From IMG/VR virus record IMGVR_UViG_3300045988_036280, positions 1-22,262 of that record: 22,262 bases of DNA; one strand, 5' to 3'. The translations under genes and the position numbers were made by a program. Positions within the stretch are counted from its first letter, which is position 1. Every line of letters starts with the position of its first letter. The notes beneath the pieces were generated by a model, which did not search any database, was not told the DNA's origin, and worked only from the letters and a program-made list of their open reading frames with translations. Source of the stretch: a virus. Lineage: Duplodnaviria > Heunggongvirae > Uroviricota > Caudoviricetes. Positions 1-10,325 of the stretch are shown in pieces.

Positions 1-278
1 TCGATGCAAAATACACGAAGGAGTTAGCTGATGCGAAAGCTGAAAATGATGCTCTTCGGCGCAAGCTTGATAATGGTGGCAGGGTGCTCGTCAAAGGAAA
101 ATGCCCTGTGCCATCCTCAGCCGAAACCTCCGGCGCCTCCGGCATGGGCAATGATGCCACCGTCGAACTCTCTCCAGTTGCTGGACGAAACGTTCTCAGT
201 ATCAGATCCGGAATCATCAGCGACCAAACATCACTGAGAGCGCTGCAGGAATACATCAACACGCAGTGCCTGAAATGA
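1..278 (+). CDS. Rz: Rz-type i-spanin, 5'-truncated by the window edge
   Basis: Frame 3 translates to DAKYTKELADAKAENDALR...LQEYINTQCLK, matching the C-terminal half of lambda/P22 Rz as I recall it; stop at 276-278. Confidence 0.85.
   Translation, partial: DAKYTKELADAKAENDALRRKLDNGGRVLVKGKCPVPSSAETSGASGMGNDATVELSPVAGRNVLSIRSGIISDQTSLRALQEYINTQCLK
31..237 (+). CDS. Rz1: Rz1-type o-spanin lipoprotein embedded in the +1 frame of Rz
   Basis: 68 aa ORF with a signal peptide and lipobox (LIMVAGCSS) and a proline-rich stretch (PKPPAPPAW) like lambda Rz1; lies entirely inside Rz in another frame. Confidence 0.8.
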   Translation: MRKLKMMLFGASLIMVAGCSSKENALCHPQPKPPAPPAWAMMPPSNSLQLLDETFSVSDPESSATKHH

Positions 279-286
279 ACAATCAT

Positions 287-311
287 AGCCTCGTAATAGC
301 GAGGCTTTTTA
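287..311 (+). terminator. Intrinsic terminator hairpin downstream of Rz
   Basis: 7 bp stem agcctcg/cgaggct (287-293 with 300-306), 6 nt loop, followed by a T-run to 310. Confidence 0.5.
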
Positions 312-328
312 CTAACCGAGGGTAAATA

Positions 329-517
329 ATGTCATCTCCAATCATGAAGTATTTCGCTTATCAACACCTCCCTGCGCATCTGCAGGAAATAAGTAAGCCA
401 ATCGGTGACCTTGCGACACTGATGGATGAATCACTGCCGGACAGTGCTGAAAAGTCAGCAGGTCTCCGCAAGCTGCTCGAAGCTAAAGATGCGCTGGTGC
501 GAGCAAAGCTGGGGTAA
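329..517 (+). CDS. Hypothetical small protein (62 aa)
   Basis: ORF with GAGGG Shine-Dalgarno 7 nt upstream of the ATG; no family recognised. Confidence 0.45.
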   Translation: MSSPIMKYFAYQHLPAHLQEISKPIGDLATLMDESLPDSAEKSAGLRKLLEAKDALVRAKLG

Positions 518-540
518 GTCATTACAAAGCCTATCTACGG

Positions 541-735
541 GTGGGCTTGATAATGAAACCTGAATTTATTCTGGGCAACCAGTTACGGCAGTACAGCGAA
601 ACAACCCAAGCCAGTAAGTGGGGAAATAACACTGGCAGCCACTGTAAGATGAACCTCCTGCCTTATGGCAAAAAAGATTCTTTGTGGTGGCGGACTGATG
701 GAAAGACATCGGTTATTGCAGAGACCATTCAATGA
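541..735 (+). CDS. Hypothetical small protein (64 aa from GTG at 541, or 60 aa from ATG at 553)
   Basis: ORF only; weak ribosome-binding site; no family recognised. Confidence 0.3.
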   Translation: MGLIMKPEFILGNQLRQYSETTQASKWGNNTGSHCKMNLLPYGKKDSLWWRTDGKTSVIAETIQ

Positions 736-812
736 GTGGTCTCGACAATGGCTTATACCCTGCACGGGATAACTTAACTGATATCCCTTTTAACGGATAA
801 ACGGAGCCAACA

Positions 813-1055
813 ATGGCAGAGATTATTCCCATGACTGAAGAACAGAAATTCCAGTTAGAGATTTACAAACTGGTCATGAACCAGAACGCAGCCGCAGAAG
901 AAGCATTTCAGTTCATTGGCACTGACGAACTGAAGCTTGAGCTATTCAAAATTCACTTTCAGTCAGGCGGCGCTAATTCAGATATCACGACCCGAACTAT
1001 CGAAGCGGTGCGTAAATCGAAGGAAGCGTTAGACCTGTTCACTACCGGAGCATAA
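813..1055 (+). CDS. Hypothetical 80 aa protein upstream of small terminase (same position and size as P22 orf80)
   Basis: ORF with GGAG-containing ribosome-binding site; position and length fit the small ORF that precedes gene 3 in P22-like phages. Confidence 0.5.
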   Translation: MAEIIPMTEEQKFQLEIYKLVMNQNAAAEEAFQFIGTDELKLELFKIHFQSGGANSDITTRTIEAVRKSKEALDLFTTGA

Positions 1056-1134
1056 ACATGGCAACTCAAGGTTTCGACAACCCATCCAAATTCCGCGATG
1101 AATGGGATAAGCAAGCAGAAGGGAAATAATCAAT

Positions 1135-1623
1135 ATGGCAGCACCAAAGGGCAACCGATTTTGGGAGGCCCGCAGTAGTCATGGGCGAAAACCTAAATTC
1201 GAATCGCCTGAGGCGCTGTGGGCTGCTTGTTGTGAATACTTCGAGTGGGCTGATGATAACCCGCTATGGGAGGGTAAGGTATTTTCATATCAGGGAGAAA
1301 TAATTAAGGCTAATGTCCCTAAGATGCGAGCCATGACTATTTCAGGATTGTGTACCTTCCTTGATATCACCAGGCAAACATGGGGAACCTTCCGGTCAAT
1401 GGAAGGCTTTTCTGACGTCACATCACGAGTGGAAGACATCATCTACGACCAGAAATTCTCTGGCGCAGCTGCTGACCTTCTCAACGCTAACATCATCGCC
1501 CGTGATTTGGGCCTCAAAGAGCAGTCGCAAGTTGAAGACGTGACACCTGATAAGGGAGATCGCGATAAGCGGCGCTCTCGTATCAAGGAGCTATTCAACC
1601 GTGGAACTGGACGCGATTCTTGA
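1135..1623 (+). CDS. 3: Terminase small subunit, P22 gp3-like (162 aa)
   Basis: N-terminus [38 protein letters not shown] matches P22 gp3 as recalled; same length; overlaps terL start by 23 nt. Confidence 0.9.
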   Translation: MAAPKGNRFWEARSSHGRKPKFESPEALWAACCEYFEWADDNPLWEGKVFSYQGEIIKANVPKMRAMTISGLCTFLDITRQTWGTFRSMEGFSDVTSRVEDIIYDQKFSGAAADLLNANIIARDLGLKEQSQVEDVTPDKGDRDKRRSRIKELFNRGTGRDS

Positions 1624-3100
1624 TAACTTGAGCGACGAAGAGCAAATCGAATTGCTCGAGCTACTCGAAGAAGAAGAGAACTACCGTAACACACACCTGC
1701 TATATGAATTTACGCCATACAGCAAACAGCGTGAGTTCATCGACGCCGGGCATGACTATCCAGAGCGCTGTTTTATGGCTGGTAACCAGCTTGGTAAGTC
1801 ATTTACTGGTGCTGCTGAAGTCGCGTTTCACCTTACCGGGCGTTATCCGGGCACAAAAGGCTATCCTGCTGATGGTAAATATGGCGGTGAGTGGAAAGGT
1901 AAGCGTTTTTATGAGCCTGTTGTCTTTTGGATTGGTGGCGAGACAAACGAGACTGTAACCAAAACGACTCAACGCATCCTGTGTGGTCGTATCGAAGAGA
2001 ATGGTGAGCCAGGCTACGGTTCCATACCTAAAGAAGACATCATTAGCTGGAAGAAGTCTCCTTTCTTTCCGAACCTTGTTGATCACCTTCTGGTTAAGCA
2101 TCACACGGCTGATGGCGTTGAAGATGGCATTTCAATCTGCTACTTCAAGCCATACTCGCAAGGTCGTGCTCGCTGGCAGGGTGACACAATCCACGGCGTG
2201 TGGTTTGACGAAGAACCACCATACAGCATTTATGGTGAAGGCCTTACCCGTACCAACAAATACGGGCAATTCTCAATTCTGACGTTTACCCCGCTGATGG
2301 GGATGTCTGACGTTGTTACCAAGTTCCTGAAGAATCCAAGCAAGTCGCAGAAAGTGGTCAACATGACCATCTACGACGCTGAGCACTACACAGACGAACA
2401 GAAAGAGCAAATCATCGCATCTTATCCTGAGCATGAGAGAGAGGCGCGTGCTCGCGGTATTCCTACGATGGGTAGTGGTCGAATCTTCCAGATACCGGAA
2501 GAGACTATTAAGTGTCAGCCGTTCGAGTGTCCTGATCACTTCTACGTAATTGGTGGGATGGATTTCGGATGGGATCACCCGCAGGCGCAGGTTCAGCTTT
2601 GGTGGGATAAGGACGCAGACATAATCTACCTTTCACGCGTTTGGAAGGCGAAAGAAAAGACAGCCGTTCAGGCGTGGGGAGCTGTTAAACCATGGGCGCA
2701 TAAAGTGCCAACCGCATGGCCTCATGACGGAAACCAGCACGAGAAGGGCGGCGGTGAGCAGCTCAAAGGGCAGTATGCGGACGCTGGATTTATGATGTTG
2801 CAGGAGCATGCAACATGGCCTGATGGCGGCAACGCTGTTGAGCCTGGCATCACTGAATTGCGAGACATGATGCTCGACGGTCGCTTCAAAGTATTCAACA
2901 CCTGTGAGCCATTCTTTGAGGAGTTCCGCCTCTATCACCGTGATGAAAACGGGAAAATCGTCAAGCTTAACGACGACGTGCTATCCGCCGTTCGCTATGC
3001 ATACATGATGCGCCGCTTCGCAAAAATGATGCGCGACATCAAAAAGCCAAAAGAGAAAAAGATACCAGCCCCAATCAGGCCCATCGCACGGAGAACTTAA
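1601..3100 (+). CDS. 2: Terminase large subunit, P22 gp2-like (499 aa)
   Basis: Walker A-like [13 protein letters not shown] near the N-terminus; length and sequence match P22 gp2; conserved position after terS. Confidence 0.95.
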   Translation: MELDAILDNLSDEEQIELLELLEEEENYRNTHLLYEFTPYSKQREFIDAGHDYPERCFMAGNQLGKSFTGAAEVAFHLTGRYPGTKGYPADGKYGGEWKGKRFYEPVVFWIGGETNETVTKTTQRILCGRIEENGEPGYGSIPKEDIISWKKSPFFPNLVDHLLVKHHTADGVEDGISICYFKPYSQGRARWQGDTIHGVWFDEEPPYSIYGEGLTRTNKYGQFSILTFTPLMGMSDVVTKFLKNPSKSQKVVNMTIYDAEHYTDEQKEQIIASYPEHEREARARGIPTMGSGRIFQIPEETIKCQPFECPDHFYVIGGMDFGWDHPQAQVQLWWDKDADIIYLSRVWKAKEKTAVQAWGAVKPWAHKVPTAWPHDGNQHEKGGGEQLKGQYADAGFMMLQEHATWPDGGNAVEPGITELRDMMLDGRFKVFNTCEPFFEEFRLYHRDENGKIVKLNDDVLSAVRYAYMMRRFAKMMRDIKKPKEKKIPAPIRPIARRT

Positions 3101-5266
3101 ATGGCCGACGAAAACAGACTCAATTCCATTCTGTGTAAGTTTGACGCAGACTGGATGGCGAGCGATGAAGCCAGAACCGAGGCGACAAATGACCTGTATT
3201 TTAGCCGAGTGTCGCAATGGGATGACTGGCTATCAAACTACACCACCCTGCAATATCGCGGACAATTCGATGTTGTCCGCCCGGTGGTCAGGAAGTTGGT
3301 CGCAGAGATGCGCCGGAACCCTATCGACGTTCTCTTCCGACCAAAAGACGGTGCTAATCCTGATGCAGCCGATGTGTTGATGGGGATGTATCGTACTGAT
3401 ATGCGCCATAACACGGCAAAAATTGCCGTTAACGTTGGCGTTCGTGAGCAGATAGAGTCCGGCGTTGGTGCATGGCGTCTGGTCACGCAGTACGAAGACA
3501 ACGATCCAACAAGCAACAATCAGGTAATTCGACGCCTGCCAATTCATGAAGCCTGCTCACACGTCATATGGGACGCCAACAGCAAGCAGATGGATAAGAG
3601 CGACGCTAAGCACTGCACGGTGATTAACGCCTTGTCGCGCAATGTCTGGAAAGAGTTCGCAGAGGATTACGGTATTGATCCGGACACCTTGCCATCTTTC
3701 CAGAATCCGAACGATACATGGCTGTTTCCGTGGGTATCGAATGATGTCGTCTACGTCGCTGAGTATTACGAGGTCGAAGAGAAGAAAGAGAAAGTCTTCA
3801 TCTACCGCGACCCGCTGACAGGTGAGCCGGTAAGCTATTACCAGCAGGATATCAAAGACGTCATCGACGACCTGGCTAATCGTGGATTCATTAAGGTAGC
3901 AGAGCGCAAGGTGAAGCGTCGGCGTGTGTATAAGTCGATCATCACCTGTACGCAGATACTGAAAGACCGCGAGAAGATAGCCGGAGAGCATATTCCAATC
4001 GTTCCAGTGTATGGTGAATGGTCATTCGCTGGTGACAAGGAGTGCTACGAAGGAGTGGTAAGGCTGACGAAAGACGGTCAACGCCTTCGTAACATGATCA
4101 TGTCGTTCAACGCCGATATTGTTGCTCGTTCACCGAAGAAGAAACCGACCTTCTTCCCTGAGCAAATCGAAGGCTACGAATACATGTACGGTGGAAATGA
4201 TGACTATCCGTACTATCTGCAGAACAGGACCGATGAAAACGGTAACGACCTGCCGATTGGTCCAATCTCCTACATGGAAAACCCTGAAGTGCCGCAAGCC
4301 AACGCTTACATGCTTGAGGCAGCCACCAACGCAGTGAAAGAGGTGGCTAGTCTTGGCGTGGATGCGCAGGCGGCAAATGGTCAGGTCGCTTTCGATACCG
4401 TCAATCAACTGAACATGCGGGCAGACCTTGAGACATACGTGTTTCAGGATAACCTGGCTACCGCAATGCGACGTGATGGCGAGATTTATGCCTCAATGGT
4501 CAACGATATTTATGACGTTCCTCGCCATGTAACGCTGACTCTTGAAGACGGAAGCGAGAAAGACGTTCAACTCTACGCGCAAGTTGTAGATTACCAGTCC
4601 GGCAATGTGGTCACACTCAACGACATTCGCGGTCGCTATGAGTGCTATACAGACGTTGGACCATCCTTCCAGAGTATGAAGGAACAGAACCGCGCAGAGA
4701 TTCAGGAGTTACTCACCAAGGTTCCACAAGGTACTCCAGAGTTCCAGATGCTGATGCTGCAATACTTCACGCTGCTTGACGGTAAAGGCGTCGAGATGAT
4801 GCGAGAGTACGCGAACAAGCAACTGGTGATGATGGGGCTGAAGAAACCAGAAACACCTGAAGAGATGGAGATGGTACAGCAGGCTCAACAGCAGCCGCAG
4901 CAGCCATCAGCAGAGCAAATTCAGGCGCAGGGTATCCTTCTGCAAGGTCAGGCTGAATTGCTCAAGGCAGAGAACCAACAGGCGCAGATTCAGGTTGAAG
5001 CCGCCAAGGTTGAAGCCCAAAACCAACTCAACGCCGCGAAGATTGCGGAAATCTTCAACAATATGGACCTAGACAAGCAGGCAGAACTGCGTGAGTACCT
5101 CAAGCTCGTAGGTCAATTCCAGCAACAGCGCAGCAAAGATGCTCGTGCTAACGCTGAGCTGCTTCTTAAAGATGCAGACCAGACTCATTCACAACGCATG
5201 GATTTCGCGAATCTTATGCGTCAAGTTCAAATCCCCTCCGGCGGAGTAGCCGAGACACCTCAATAA
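3101..5266 (+). CDS. 1: Portal protein, P22 gp1-like (721 aa)
   Basis: Large ORF directly after terL with GGAGA ribosome-binding site; length close to the P22 portal; Q-rich coiled C-terminal region typical of the P22 portal barrel. Confidence 0.93.
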   Translation: MADENRLNSILCKFDADWMASDEARTEATNDLYFSRVSQWDDWLSNYTTLQYRGQFDVVRPVVRKLVAEMRRNPIDVLFRPKDGANPDAADVLMGMYRTDMRHNTAKIAVNVGVREQIESGVGAWRLVTQYEDNDPTSNNQVIRRLPIHEACSHVIWDANSKQMDKSDAKHCTVINALSRNVWKEFAEDYGIDPDTLPSFQNPNDTWLFPWVSNDVVYVAEYYEVEEKKEKVFIYRDPLTGEPVSYYQQDIKDVIDDLANRGFIKVAERKVKRRRVYKSIITCTQILKDREKIAGEHIPIVPVYGEWSFAGDKECYEGVVRLTKDGQRLRNMIMSFNADIVARSPKKKPTFFPEQIEGYEYMYGGNDDYPYYLQNRTDENGNDLPIGPISYMENPEVPQANAYMLEAATNAVKEVASLGVDAQAANGQVAFDTVNQLNMRADLETYVFQDNLATAMRRDGEIYASMVNDIYDVPRHVTLTLEDGSEKDVQLYAQVVDYQSGNVVTLNDIRGRYECYTDVGPSFQSMKEQNRAEIQELLTKVPQGTPEFQMLMLQYFTLLDGKGVEMMREYANKQLVMMGLKKPETPEEMEMVQQAQQQPQQPSAEQIQAQGILLQGQAELLKAENQQAQIQVEAAKVEAQNQLNAAKIAEIFNNMDLDKQAELREYLKLVGQFQQQRSKDARANAELLLKDADQTHSQRMDFANLMRQVQIPSGGVAETPQ

Positions 5267-5279
5267 GAGAGAGTTAACC

Positions 5280-6191
5280 ATGGACCAAACCACCGACATT
5301 CAGGCTTCTGAAGAATTAACCCTGCCCGGCAATCATGCAGCGGCATCTGCTGATGGCTTAGTTGTCGATAATGCCAACGACAACGCAGGTCAGGAAGAAG
5401 GCTTCGAGATTGTCCTGAAAGACGATGAGAAACCAAAACAAGACCCGGCAACTAATGCTGAATTTGCCCGTCGCCGCATTGAACGCAAACGCCAGCGTGA
5501 GCTTGAGCAGCAGATGGAAGCGGTTAAGCGTGGAGAGTTGCCGGAGCACCTGCGGGTGAACCCTGAGTTACCAAAACAACCAGACCCTAACGATTATCTT
5601 TCCGAAGATGCACTGGCTAAGTACGACTATGACCAGAGCCGCGCACTGGCTGCCTTCCAGCAGGCAAACAGTGAATGGCAGATCAAGGCTATGGACGCAC
5701 GAAGCCAGGCTGTCGCCGAGCAGGGTCGCAAAACTCAGGAGTTCACCCAGCAATCAGCGCAATACGTCGAGGCAGCCCGTAAGCACTACGACGCAGCGGA
5801 AAAGCTCAATATCCCTGACTATCAGGAGAAAGAGGATGCATTCATGCAACTGGTGCCGCCAGCAGTCGGTGCCGACATCATGCGCCTCTTCCCGGAGAAA
5901 TCCGCCGCTCTCATGTATCACCTTGGTGCTAATCCTGAGAAAACACGCCAGTTGCTGGCGATGGACGGGCAATCCGCGCTGATTGAACTCACTCGACTGT
6001 CAGAACGTTTAACTCTCAAGCCTCGAGCCAAGCCAGTTTCAGAAGCCCCGTTACCTGATGAACCCATTCAGGGACACGCTGTTGCTGCAAATATTTCTGC
6101 GATTGAAAAGCAGATGGAAGCGGCAGCAAACAAAGGGGATGTAGAGACATACCGCAAGCTCAAGGCGCAACTGAATAAAGGAATTCGATAA
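5280..6191 (+). CDS. 8: Scaffolding protein, P22 gp8-like (303 aa)
   Basis: Acidic, helix-rich 303 aa ORF between portal and coat; same length as P22 gp8. Confidence 0.88.
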   Translation: MDQTTDIQASEELTLPGNHAAASADGLVVDNANDNAGQEEGFEIVLKDDEKPKQDPATNAEFARRRIERKRQRELEQQMEAVKRGELPEHLRVNPELPKQPDPNDYLSEDALAKYDYDQSRALAAFQQANSEWQIKAMDARSQAVAEQGRKTQEFTQQSAQYVEAARKHYDAAEKLNIPDYQEKEDAFMQLVPPAVGADIMRLFPEKSAALMYHLGANPEKTRQLLAMDGQSALIELTRLSERLTLKPRAKPVSEAPLPDEPIQGHAVAANISAIEKQMEAAANKGDVETYRKLKAQLNKGIR

Positions 6192-7486
6192 TGGCATTAA
6201 ATGAAGGTCAACTGGTCACGTATGCTCTGGATGAAATCATCGAAACCATCCAGAACCTGACGCCAATGGCGTCTAAAGTGACAAAATACACCCCTCCGGC
6301 AGAATCCATGCAACGTTCAAGCAACACCGTGTGGATGCCTGTTGAGCAGGAAGCGCCAACTCAGACTGGCTGGGATTTAACTGGCAACGCTACCGGTATT
6401 CTGGAACTGTCCGTGAAATGCAACATGGGCGATCCGGATAACGATTTCTTCGAGCTTCGTGCAGATGACCTGCGTGATGAGCGTTCTTACCGTCGCCGCA
6501 TCCAGGCATCAGCTAAAAAACTGGCGAATAACATTGAGTCAGCAATTGCCAAACAGGCAACTGAAATGGGCTCACTTGTTGTTCACGATACCCGAGCAAT
6601 TGGTCCATCTACTGGCCTGTCTGGCTGGGATTTTGTGTCTGATGCAGAGCGCCTGATGTTCTCCCGTGAGCTAAACCGCGATATGGGCATCAGTTACTTC
6701 CTGAACCCTGACGATTACCGCAAAGCAGGCCGCAACCTGGTAGATGGTGACATCTTCGGGCGCGTTCCTGAAGAAGCGTATCGCAACGGTACTATTCAGC
6801 GTCAGATTGCTGGCTTTGATGAAATTCTTCGCTCACCGAAACTTCCGGCAGTTACCAAGTCAACCGCTACTGGTGTAACTGTTTCTGGTGCGCAGAAGTT
6901 TAAGCCGCAGGCATACACCCTTGATACCGATGGTAACAAAGAGAACGTCGACAACCGTGTTGCAACGGTAACCGTATCCTCCACCACCGGATTTAAGCGC
7001 GGCGACAAAATCAGCTTCACTGGTGTGAAATTCCTGTCTCAGATGGCGAAGAACGTGCTGACTGATGATGCTACTTTCTCAATCACCCGTGTGATCGATG
7101 GTACTCACCTCGAAATCACGCCGAAACCGATTGCACTGGATGACGCGTCACTGACAAAAGAAGAGAAGGCTTACGCTAACGTAAACACCTCTCTTGCTGA
7201 TACCACTCCGGTAAATGTTCTGAACGTGGCAACAACCACCGCTAACGTGTTCTGGGCTGATGACTCAATCCGTCTGCTGTCTCAGCCGATCCCGGTAACT
7301 CATGAACTGTTTGCTGGCATGAAAACTTCTTCCTTCAGCATTCCTGGTATTGGTGTTAACGGCATCTTCGCAACGCAGGGTGATATCAACACTCTGTCTG
7401 GTAAGTGCCGTATTGCTGTGTGGTATTCAGCATGTGCTGTACGACCAGAGGCAATTGGTGTTGGTCTGCCTAACCAGACTGCGTGA
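6191..7486 (+). CDS. 5: Major coat protein, P22 gp5-like (431 aa)
   Basis: Start overlaps the scaffold stop (TAATG); length and position match the P22 coat protein. Confidence 0.93.
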   Translation: MALNEGQLVTYALDEIIETIQNLTPMASKVTKYTPPAESMQRSSNTVWMPVEQEAPTQTGWDLTGNATGILELSVKCNMGDPDNDFFELRADDLRDERSYRRRIQASAKKLANNIESAIAKQATEMGSLVVHDTRAIGPSTGLSGWDFVSDAERLMFSRELNRDMGISYFLNPDDYRKAGRNLVDGDIFGRVPEEAYRNGTIQRQIAGFDEILRSPKLPAVTKSTATGVTVSGAQKFKPQAYTLDTDGNKENVDNRVATVTVSSTTGFKRGDKISFTGVKFLSQMAKNVLTDDATFSITRVIDGTHLEITPKPIALDDASLTKEEKAYANVNTSLADTTPVNVLNVATTTANVFWADDSIRLLSQPIPVTHELFAGMKTSSFSIPGIGVNGIFATQGDINTLSGKCRIAVWYSACAVRPEAIGVGLPNQTA

Positions 7487-7492
7487 TAACCA

Positions 7493-7518
7493 GAGGGAGC
7501 TTCGGCTCCCTTTTTTAT
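7493..7518 (+). terminator. Strong intrinsic terminator immediately after the coat gene
   Basis: GC-rich stem gggagc/gctccc (7495-7500 with 7505-7510), UUCG tetraloop (7501-7504), then six T (7511-7516). Confidence 0.7.
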
Positions 7519-7530
7519 CTGGAGACAAGC

Positions 7531-7755
7531 ATGACACACATGATCTTTCGTCATGGCGACATGAAGAAGTGGAAAGGCGTTGGCTACGACTTTGAAATCG
7601 TGAAAGCCGAAGAGCTTCAGGAATATCTGGATGCTGGCTGGTTTTCACATCCTGATGACCTTTTGAAGGATGTTGCAGAGCCAGAAGAAAAACAGCGTAA
7701 AAAGCCCGGTCGAAAACCTAAGGCGGCAGCAGATGAACCTGACAACGAAGGGTGA
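7531..7755 (+). CDS. Small hypothetical protein (74 aa) with a basic K/R/P-rich C-terminus, inserted between coat and gp4
   Basis: ATG at 7531 preceded by GGAGA (7521-7525); product [45 protein letters not shown]...[18 protein letters not shown]; 3' end overlaps the gp4 start by 23 nt. Confidence 0.4.
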   Translation: MTHMIFRHGDMKKWKGVGYDFEIVKAEELQEYLDAGWFSHPDDLLKDVAEPEEKQRKKPGRKPKAAADEPDNEG

Positions 7756-8233
7756 TTTAGTTCTTGCGGCATTACGTAAGCTCGGTGTGGCATCAAATGC
7801 CACGTTAACCGATGTCGAACCGCAGTCTATGGAAGATGGCGTCAACGACCTTGAAATGATGATGGCTGAATGGCTTGGCGGTGATGCGTCACCAGGTATC
7901 AACGTTGGCTACATTTTCGCTGATGCAGATGTCGCTCCAGATCCTGGCGATGAACACGGTTTATCAAATAACGCTATAAATGCTGTCATTTTCAACCTTG
8001 CCTGCCGCATTGCTCCGGATTATGCGCTGGAAGCGTCTGCAAAACTTATAACCACTGCCAGATACGGGAAAGAGCAACTCGTCAAACTGTCTGCAATGGA
8101 CAGAGCAAAAGCCGCTAAATGTAAGTCCGGTTATCCAAACCGTATGCCTGTTGGTAGCGGTAATCAGTTGGCGAAGTGGAACGGTTGGAATTACTTCCAC
8201 CGGAAGGAACCTTGCGATAACGGGAGCGAATAA
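7733..8233 (+). CDS. 4: Head completion / portal-binding protein, P22 gp4-like (166 aa)
   Basis: From the ATG at 7733 the product [47 protein letters not shown] matches the P22 gp4 N-terminus as recalled; the longer 187 aa ORF from 7670 is probably not the real start. Confidence 0.85.
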   Translation: MNLTTKGDLVLAALRKLGVASNATLTDVEPQSMEDGVNDLEMMMAEWLGGDASPGINVGYIFADADVAPDPGDEHGLSNNAINAVIFNLACRIAPDYALEASAKLITTARYGKEQLVKLSAMDRAKAAKCKSGYPNRMPVGSGNQLAKWNGWNYFHRKEPCDNGSE

Positions 8234-8338
8234 ATGCCGATTCAGCAACTTCCGCTTATGAAAGGTGTCGGCAAAGATTTCAGAAACGCCGACTATATCG
8301 ACTATCTGCCAGTGAATATGCTGGCAATTTTGATATAA
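8234..8338 (+). pseudogene. Remnant 5' end of gene 10 (34 codons: [34 protein letters not shown] then stop), cut off by the HNH cassette
   Basis: Starts TAAATG-coupled to the gp4 stop exactly where gene 10 should begin; first 31 codons are a gp10 N-terminus; reading frame leaves gp10 after codon 31 and stops 3 codons later. Confidence 0.7.
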
Positions 8339-8339
8339 T
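8331..8339 (+). promoter_or_regulatory. Candidate extended -10 promoter element (TGaTATAAT) just upstream of the HNH gene
   Basis: Exact TGnTATAAT match at 8331-8339; no convincing -35, which is consistent with an extended -10 promoter; HNH ATG lies 36 nt downstream. Confidence 0.3.
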
Positions 8340-8374
8340 AAGTACATGAAAAATCGAAACTTTAAGGAGTAGAT

Positions 8375-8959
8375 ATGCTTTCTGAGAATGCTAAAGATAT
8401 ACCTGGATTTGAAGGTGTTTATGCCGTAACAGAAGATGGCAGGGTATATTCTCACTCACGTGTTGTTAAGGCTGCGCATGGCAGCACGCAACTCAGAAAG
8501 GGGCGCTGGTTAAAGCCTAAAATCAATCAGGGAAGGGTGCTTTATAATATCGGAGCAAAATGGACTTTTGCCCATCGAATCGTTGCAATGACATTCCTGC
8601 CAAATCCTGAAAACAAGCCTCAGGTAAATCATATTGATGGCAATCCACTCAATAATAACGTCAATAATCTTGAGTGGTGCACTCAAAGCGAAAACATCAA
8701 ACATGCATACGCCACCGGATTAAAGAAACCAATCAAGTTTTTCGGAACCAAGCACCCAAAACACAAGTTGAGTGATGACGATGTTCTTGCAATCAAGTCA
8801 TCAAAAGAAAGCTTGTCAGTAATTGCGGCTAAGTACGGGATATCTAAGACCTGGGCAAGTAGGCTAAAGCGTGATGCTAACTGGGTTCATATAAAGGTTG
8901 ATTCCAATGGCAATACAACAACTACCACTAATGAAGGGATTGGGGAAAAGTGCGGTTAA
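8375..8959 (+). CDS. HNH homing endonuclease (NUMOD4 N-terminal motif plus HNH_3 core, 194 aa)
   Basis: AAGGAG ribosome-binding site 5 nt upstream of the ATG; GFEGVYAVTEDGRVYSH (NUMOD4-like); AHRIVAMTFLPNPENKPQVNHIDGNPLNNNVNNLEWCTQSENIKHA (HNH_3 signature); C-terminal region looks like a helix-turn-helix; last ~17 codons overlap the new gp10 start in another frame. Confidence 0.85.
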   Translation: MLSENAKDIPGFEGVYAVTEDGRVYSHSRVVKAAHGSTQLRKGRWLKPKINQGRVLYNIGAKWTFAHRIVAMTFLPNPENKPQVNHIDGNPLNNNVNNLEWCTQSENIKHAYATGLKKPIKFFGTKHPKHKLSDDDVLAIKSSKESLSVIAAKYGISKTWASRLKRDANWVHIKVDSNGNTTTTTNEGIGEKCG

Positions 8960-10325
8960 TGCTGATTATATAGACCAACTTCCAGTCAATCTTTTAGCTA
9001 CGCCCAAGGAGGTGTTGAATTCATCGGGATATCTTCGCTCATTCCCGGGCATTGCCAAACGTTCTGATGTGAACGGCGTATCGCGGGGCGTCGAGTACAA
9101 CATGGCGCAGAGTGCTGTATATCGCGTGTGTGGGGGCAAGCTGTATAAGGGCGAAAGCGAAGTCGGTGATGTTGCCGGAAGTGGTCGCGTATCAATGGCG
9201 CATGGTCGGACATCTCAGGCTGTAGGCGTTAATGGTCAACTGGTCGAGTATCGCTATGATGGCACGGTTAAAACCGTCTCAAACTGGCCTACAGACAGCG
9301 GATTCACACAGTACGAGTTAGGTTCAGTTCGCGACATTACGCGCTTACGTGGGCGTTATGCGTGGTCAAAAGACGGAACTGATTCATGGTTTATCACTGA
9401 CCTTGAAGACGAATCGCACCCTGACCGCTACAGCGCACAATATCGTGCAGAGTCGCAGCCTGACGGCATCATCGGCATAGGTACATGGCGAGACTTCATA
9501 GTCTGCTTTGGTTCGTCGACGATTGAATATTTCTCCCTGACTGGTGCAACCACTGTTGGGGCTGCTCTGTATGTCGCACAGCCATCGCTGATGGTGCAGA
9601 AAGGCATTGCCGGGACTTACTGCAAAACGCCATTCGCTGATTCTTATGCGTTCATCAGCAATCCGGCAACAGGTGCTCCGTCTGTATACATCATCGGATC
9701 CGGTCAGGTTTCACCAATCGCCAGCGCGAGCATTGAGAAAATCCTCCGCTCCTACACTGCTGATGAACTGGCTGATGGTGTGATGGAATCGCTGAGATTT
9801 GATGCTCATGAGTTGCTGATTATCCACCTTCCGCGCCATGTTCTCGTGTACGACGCATCTTCAAGCGCCAATGGTCCGCAATGGTGTGTGTTGAAAACTG
9901 GCTTGTATGACGATGTGTACCGCGCTATCGACTTCATTTACGAAGGCAATCAGATAACGTGCGGAGATAAGCTGGAATCGGTTACCGGCAAATTGCAGTT
10001 CGATATCAGCAGCCAGTACGACAAGAAACAGGAACACCTGCTGTTTACTCCACTGTTCAAAGCGGATAACGCCAGATGCTTCGATCTGGAGGTGGAATCA
10101 TCCACTGGCGTAGCTCAGTACGCCGACCGCCTGTTCCTCTCTGCAACCACTGACGGCATCAATTACGGACGTGAGCAGATGATTGAGCAGAATGAACCGT
10201 TCGTTTACGACAAACGCGTTTTGTGGAAGCGTGTCGGGCGCATCAGGAAAAATGTCGGCTTCAAATTGCGTGTTATCACTAAGTCACCTGTCACTCTGTC
10301 TGGCTGCCAGATAAGGATTGAGTAA
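8907..10325 (+). CDS. 10: gp10 tail-hub protein, P22 gp10-like (472 aa from the ATG at 8907), N-terminus supplied by the HNH cassette
   Basis: [48 protein letters not shown]... is colinear with P22 gp10 as recalled; the ORF track extends to 8898 only through a non-ATG codon. Confidence 0.88.
   Translation: MAIQQLPLMKGLGKSAVNADYIDQLPVNLLATPKEVLNSSGYLRSFPGIAKRSDVNGVSRGVEYNMAQSAVYRVCGGKLYKGESEVGDVAGSGRVSMAHGRTSQAVGVNGQLVEYRYDGTVKTVSNWPTDSGFTQYELGSVRDITRLRGRYAWSKDGTDSWFITDLEDESHPDRYSAQYRAESQPDGIIGIGTWRDFIVCFGSSTIEYFSLTGATTVGAALYVAQPSLMVQKGIAGTYCKTPFADSYAFISNPATGAPSVYIIGSGQVSPIASASIEKILRSYTADELADGVMESLRFDAHELLIIHLPRHVLVYDASSSANGPQWCVLKTGLYDDVYRAIDFIYEGNQITCGDKLESVTGKLQFDISSQYDKKQEHLLFTPLFKADNARCFDLEVESSTGVAQYADRLFLSATTDGINYGREQMIEQNEPFVYDKRVLWKRVGRIRKNVGFKLRVITKSPVTLSGCQIRIE

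Larger units (their letters stand above)
8327..9000 (+). mobile_element. HNH homing-endonuclease cassette inserted in the 5' end of gene 10 (approximate boundaries)
   Basis: Left boundary is where the remnant gp10 reading frame diverges (about 8327); right boundary is the end of the duplicated, recoded gp10 N-terminal codons (about 8999). By eye the insert is more AT-rich than flanking virion genes. Confidence 0.6.

Noticed and set aside
3557-3991. 144 aa minus-strand ORF inside the portal gene (the same applies to 2273-2578, 2633-2938, 3233-3547, 10768-11115 and 11116-11493)
   Set aside because: These are antisense to well-supported structural genes, have no ribosome-binding sites and no recognisable domains; treated as shadow ORFs.
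7670-7732. Longer 187 aa version of gp4 starting at 7670
   Set aside because: The homology to the P22 gp4 N-terminus begins at the ATG at 7733; the upstream extension overlaps the inserted small ORF and is probably not translated as part of gp4.
7964-8455. 163 aa minus-strand ORF spanning the gp4 3' end, the gp10 remnant and the HNH start
   Set aside because: Antisense to three supported features, with a low-complexity hydrophobic product; likely an AT-rich shadow ORF.
8327-8999. Reading the HNH insert as a group I intron that splices the remnant exon (8234-8326) onto gene 10 at about 9000
   Set aside because: The insert carries a complete, in-frame duplicate of the gp10 N-terminus, so a full protein is made without splicing. 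After a 585 nt ORF, too little non-coding sequence remains for a ribozyme core, and the junctions do not show the expected U at the 5' splice site or terminal G. RT-PCR across the junction would settle it.
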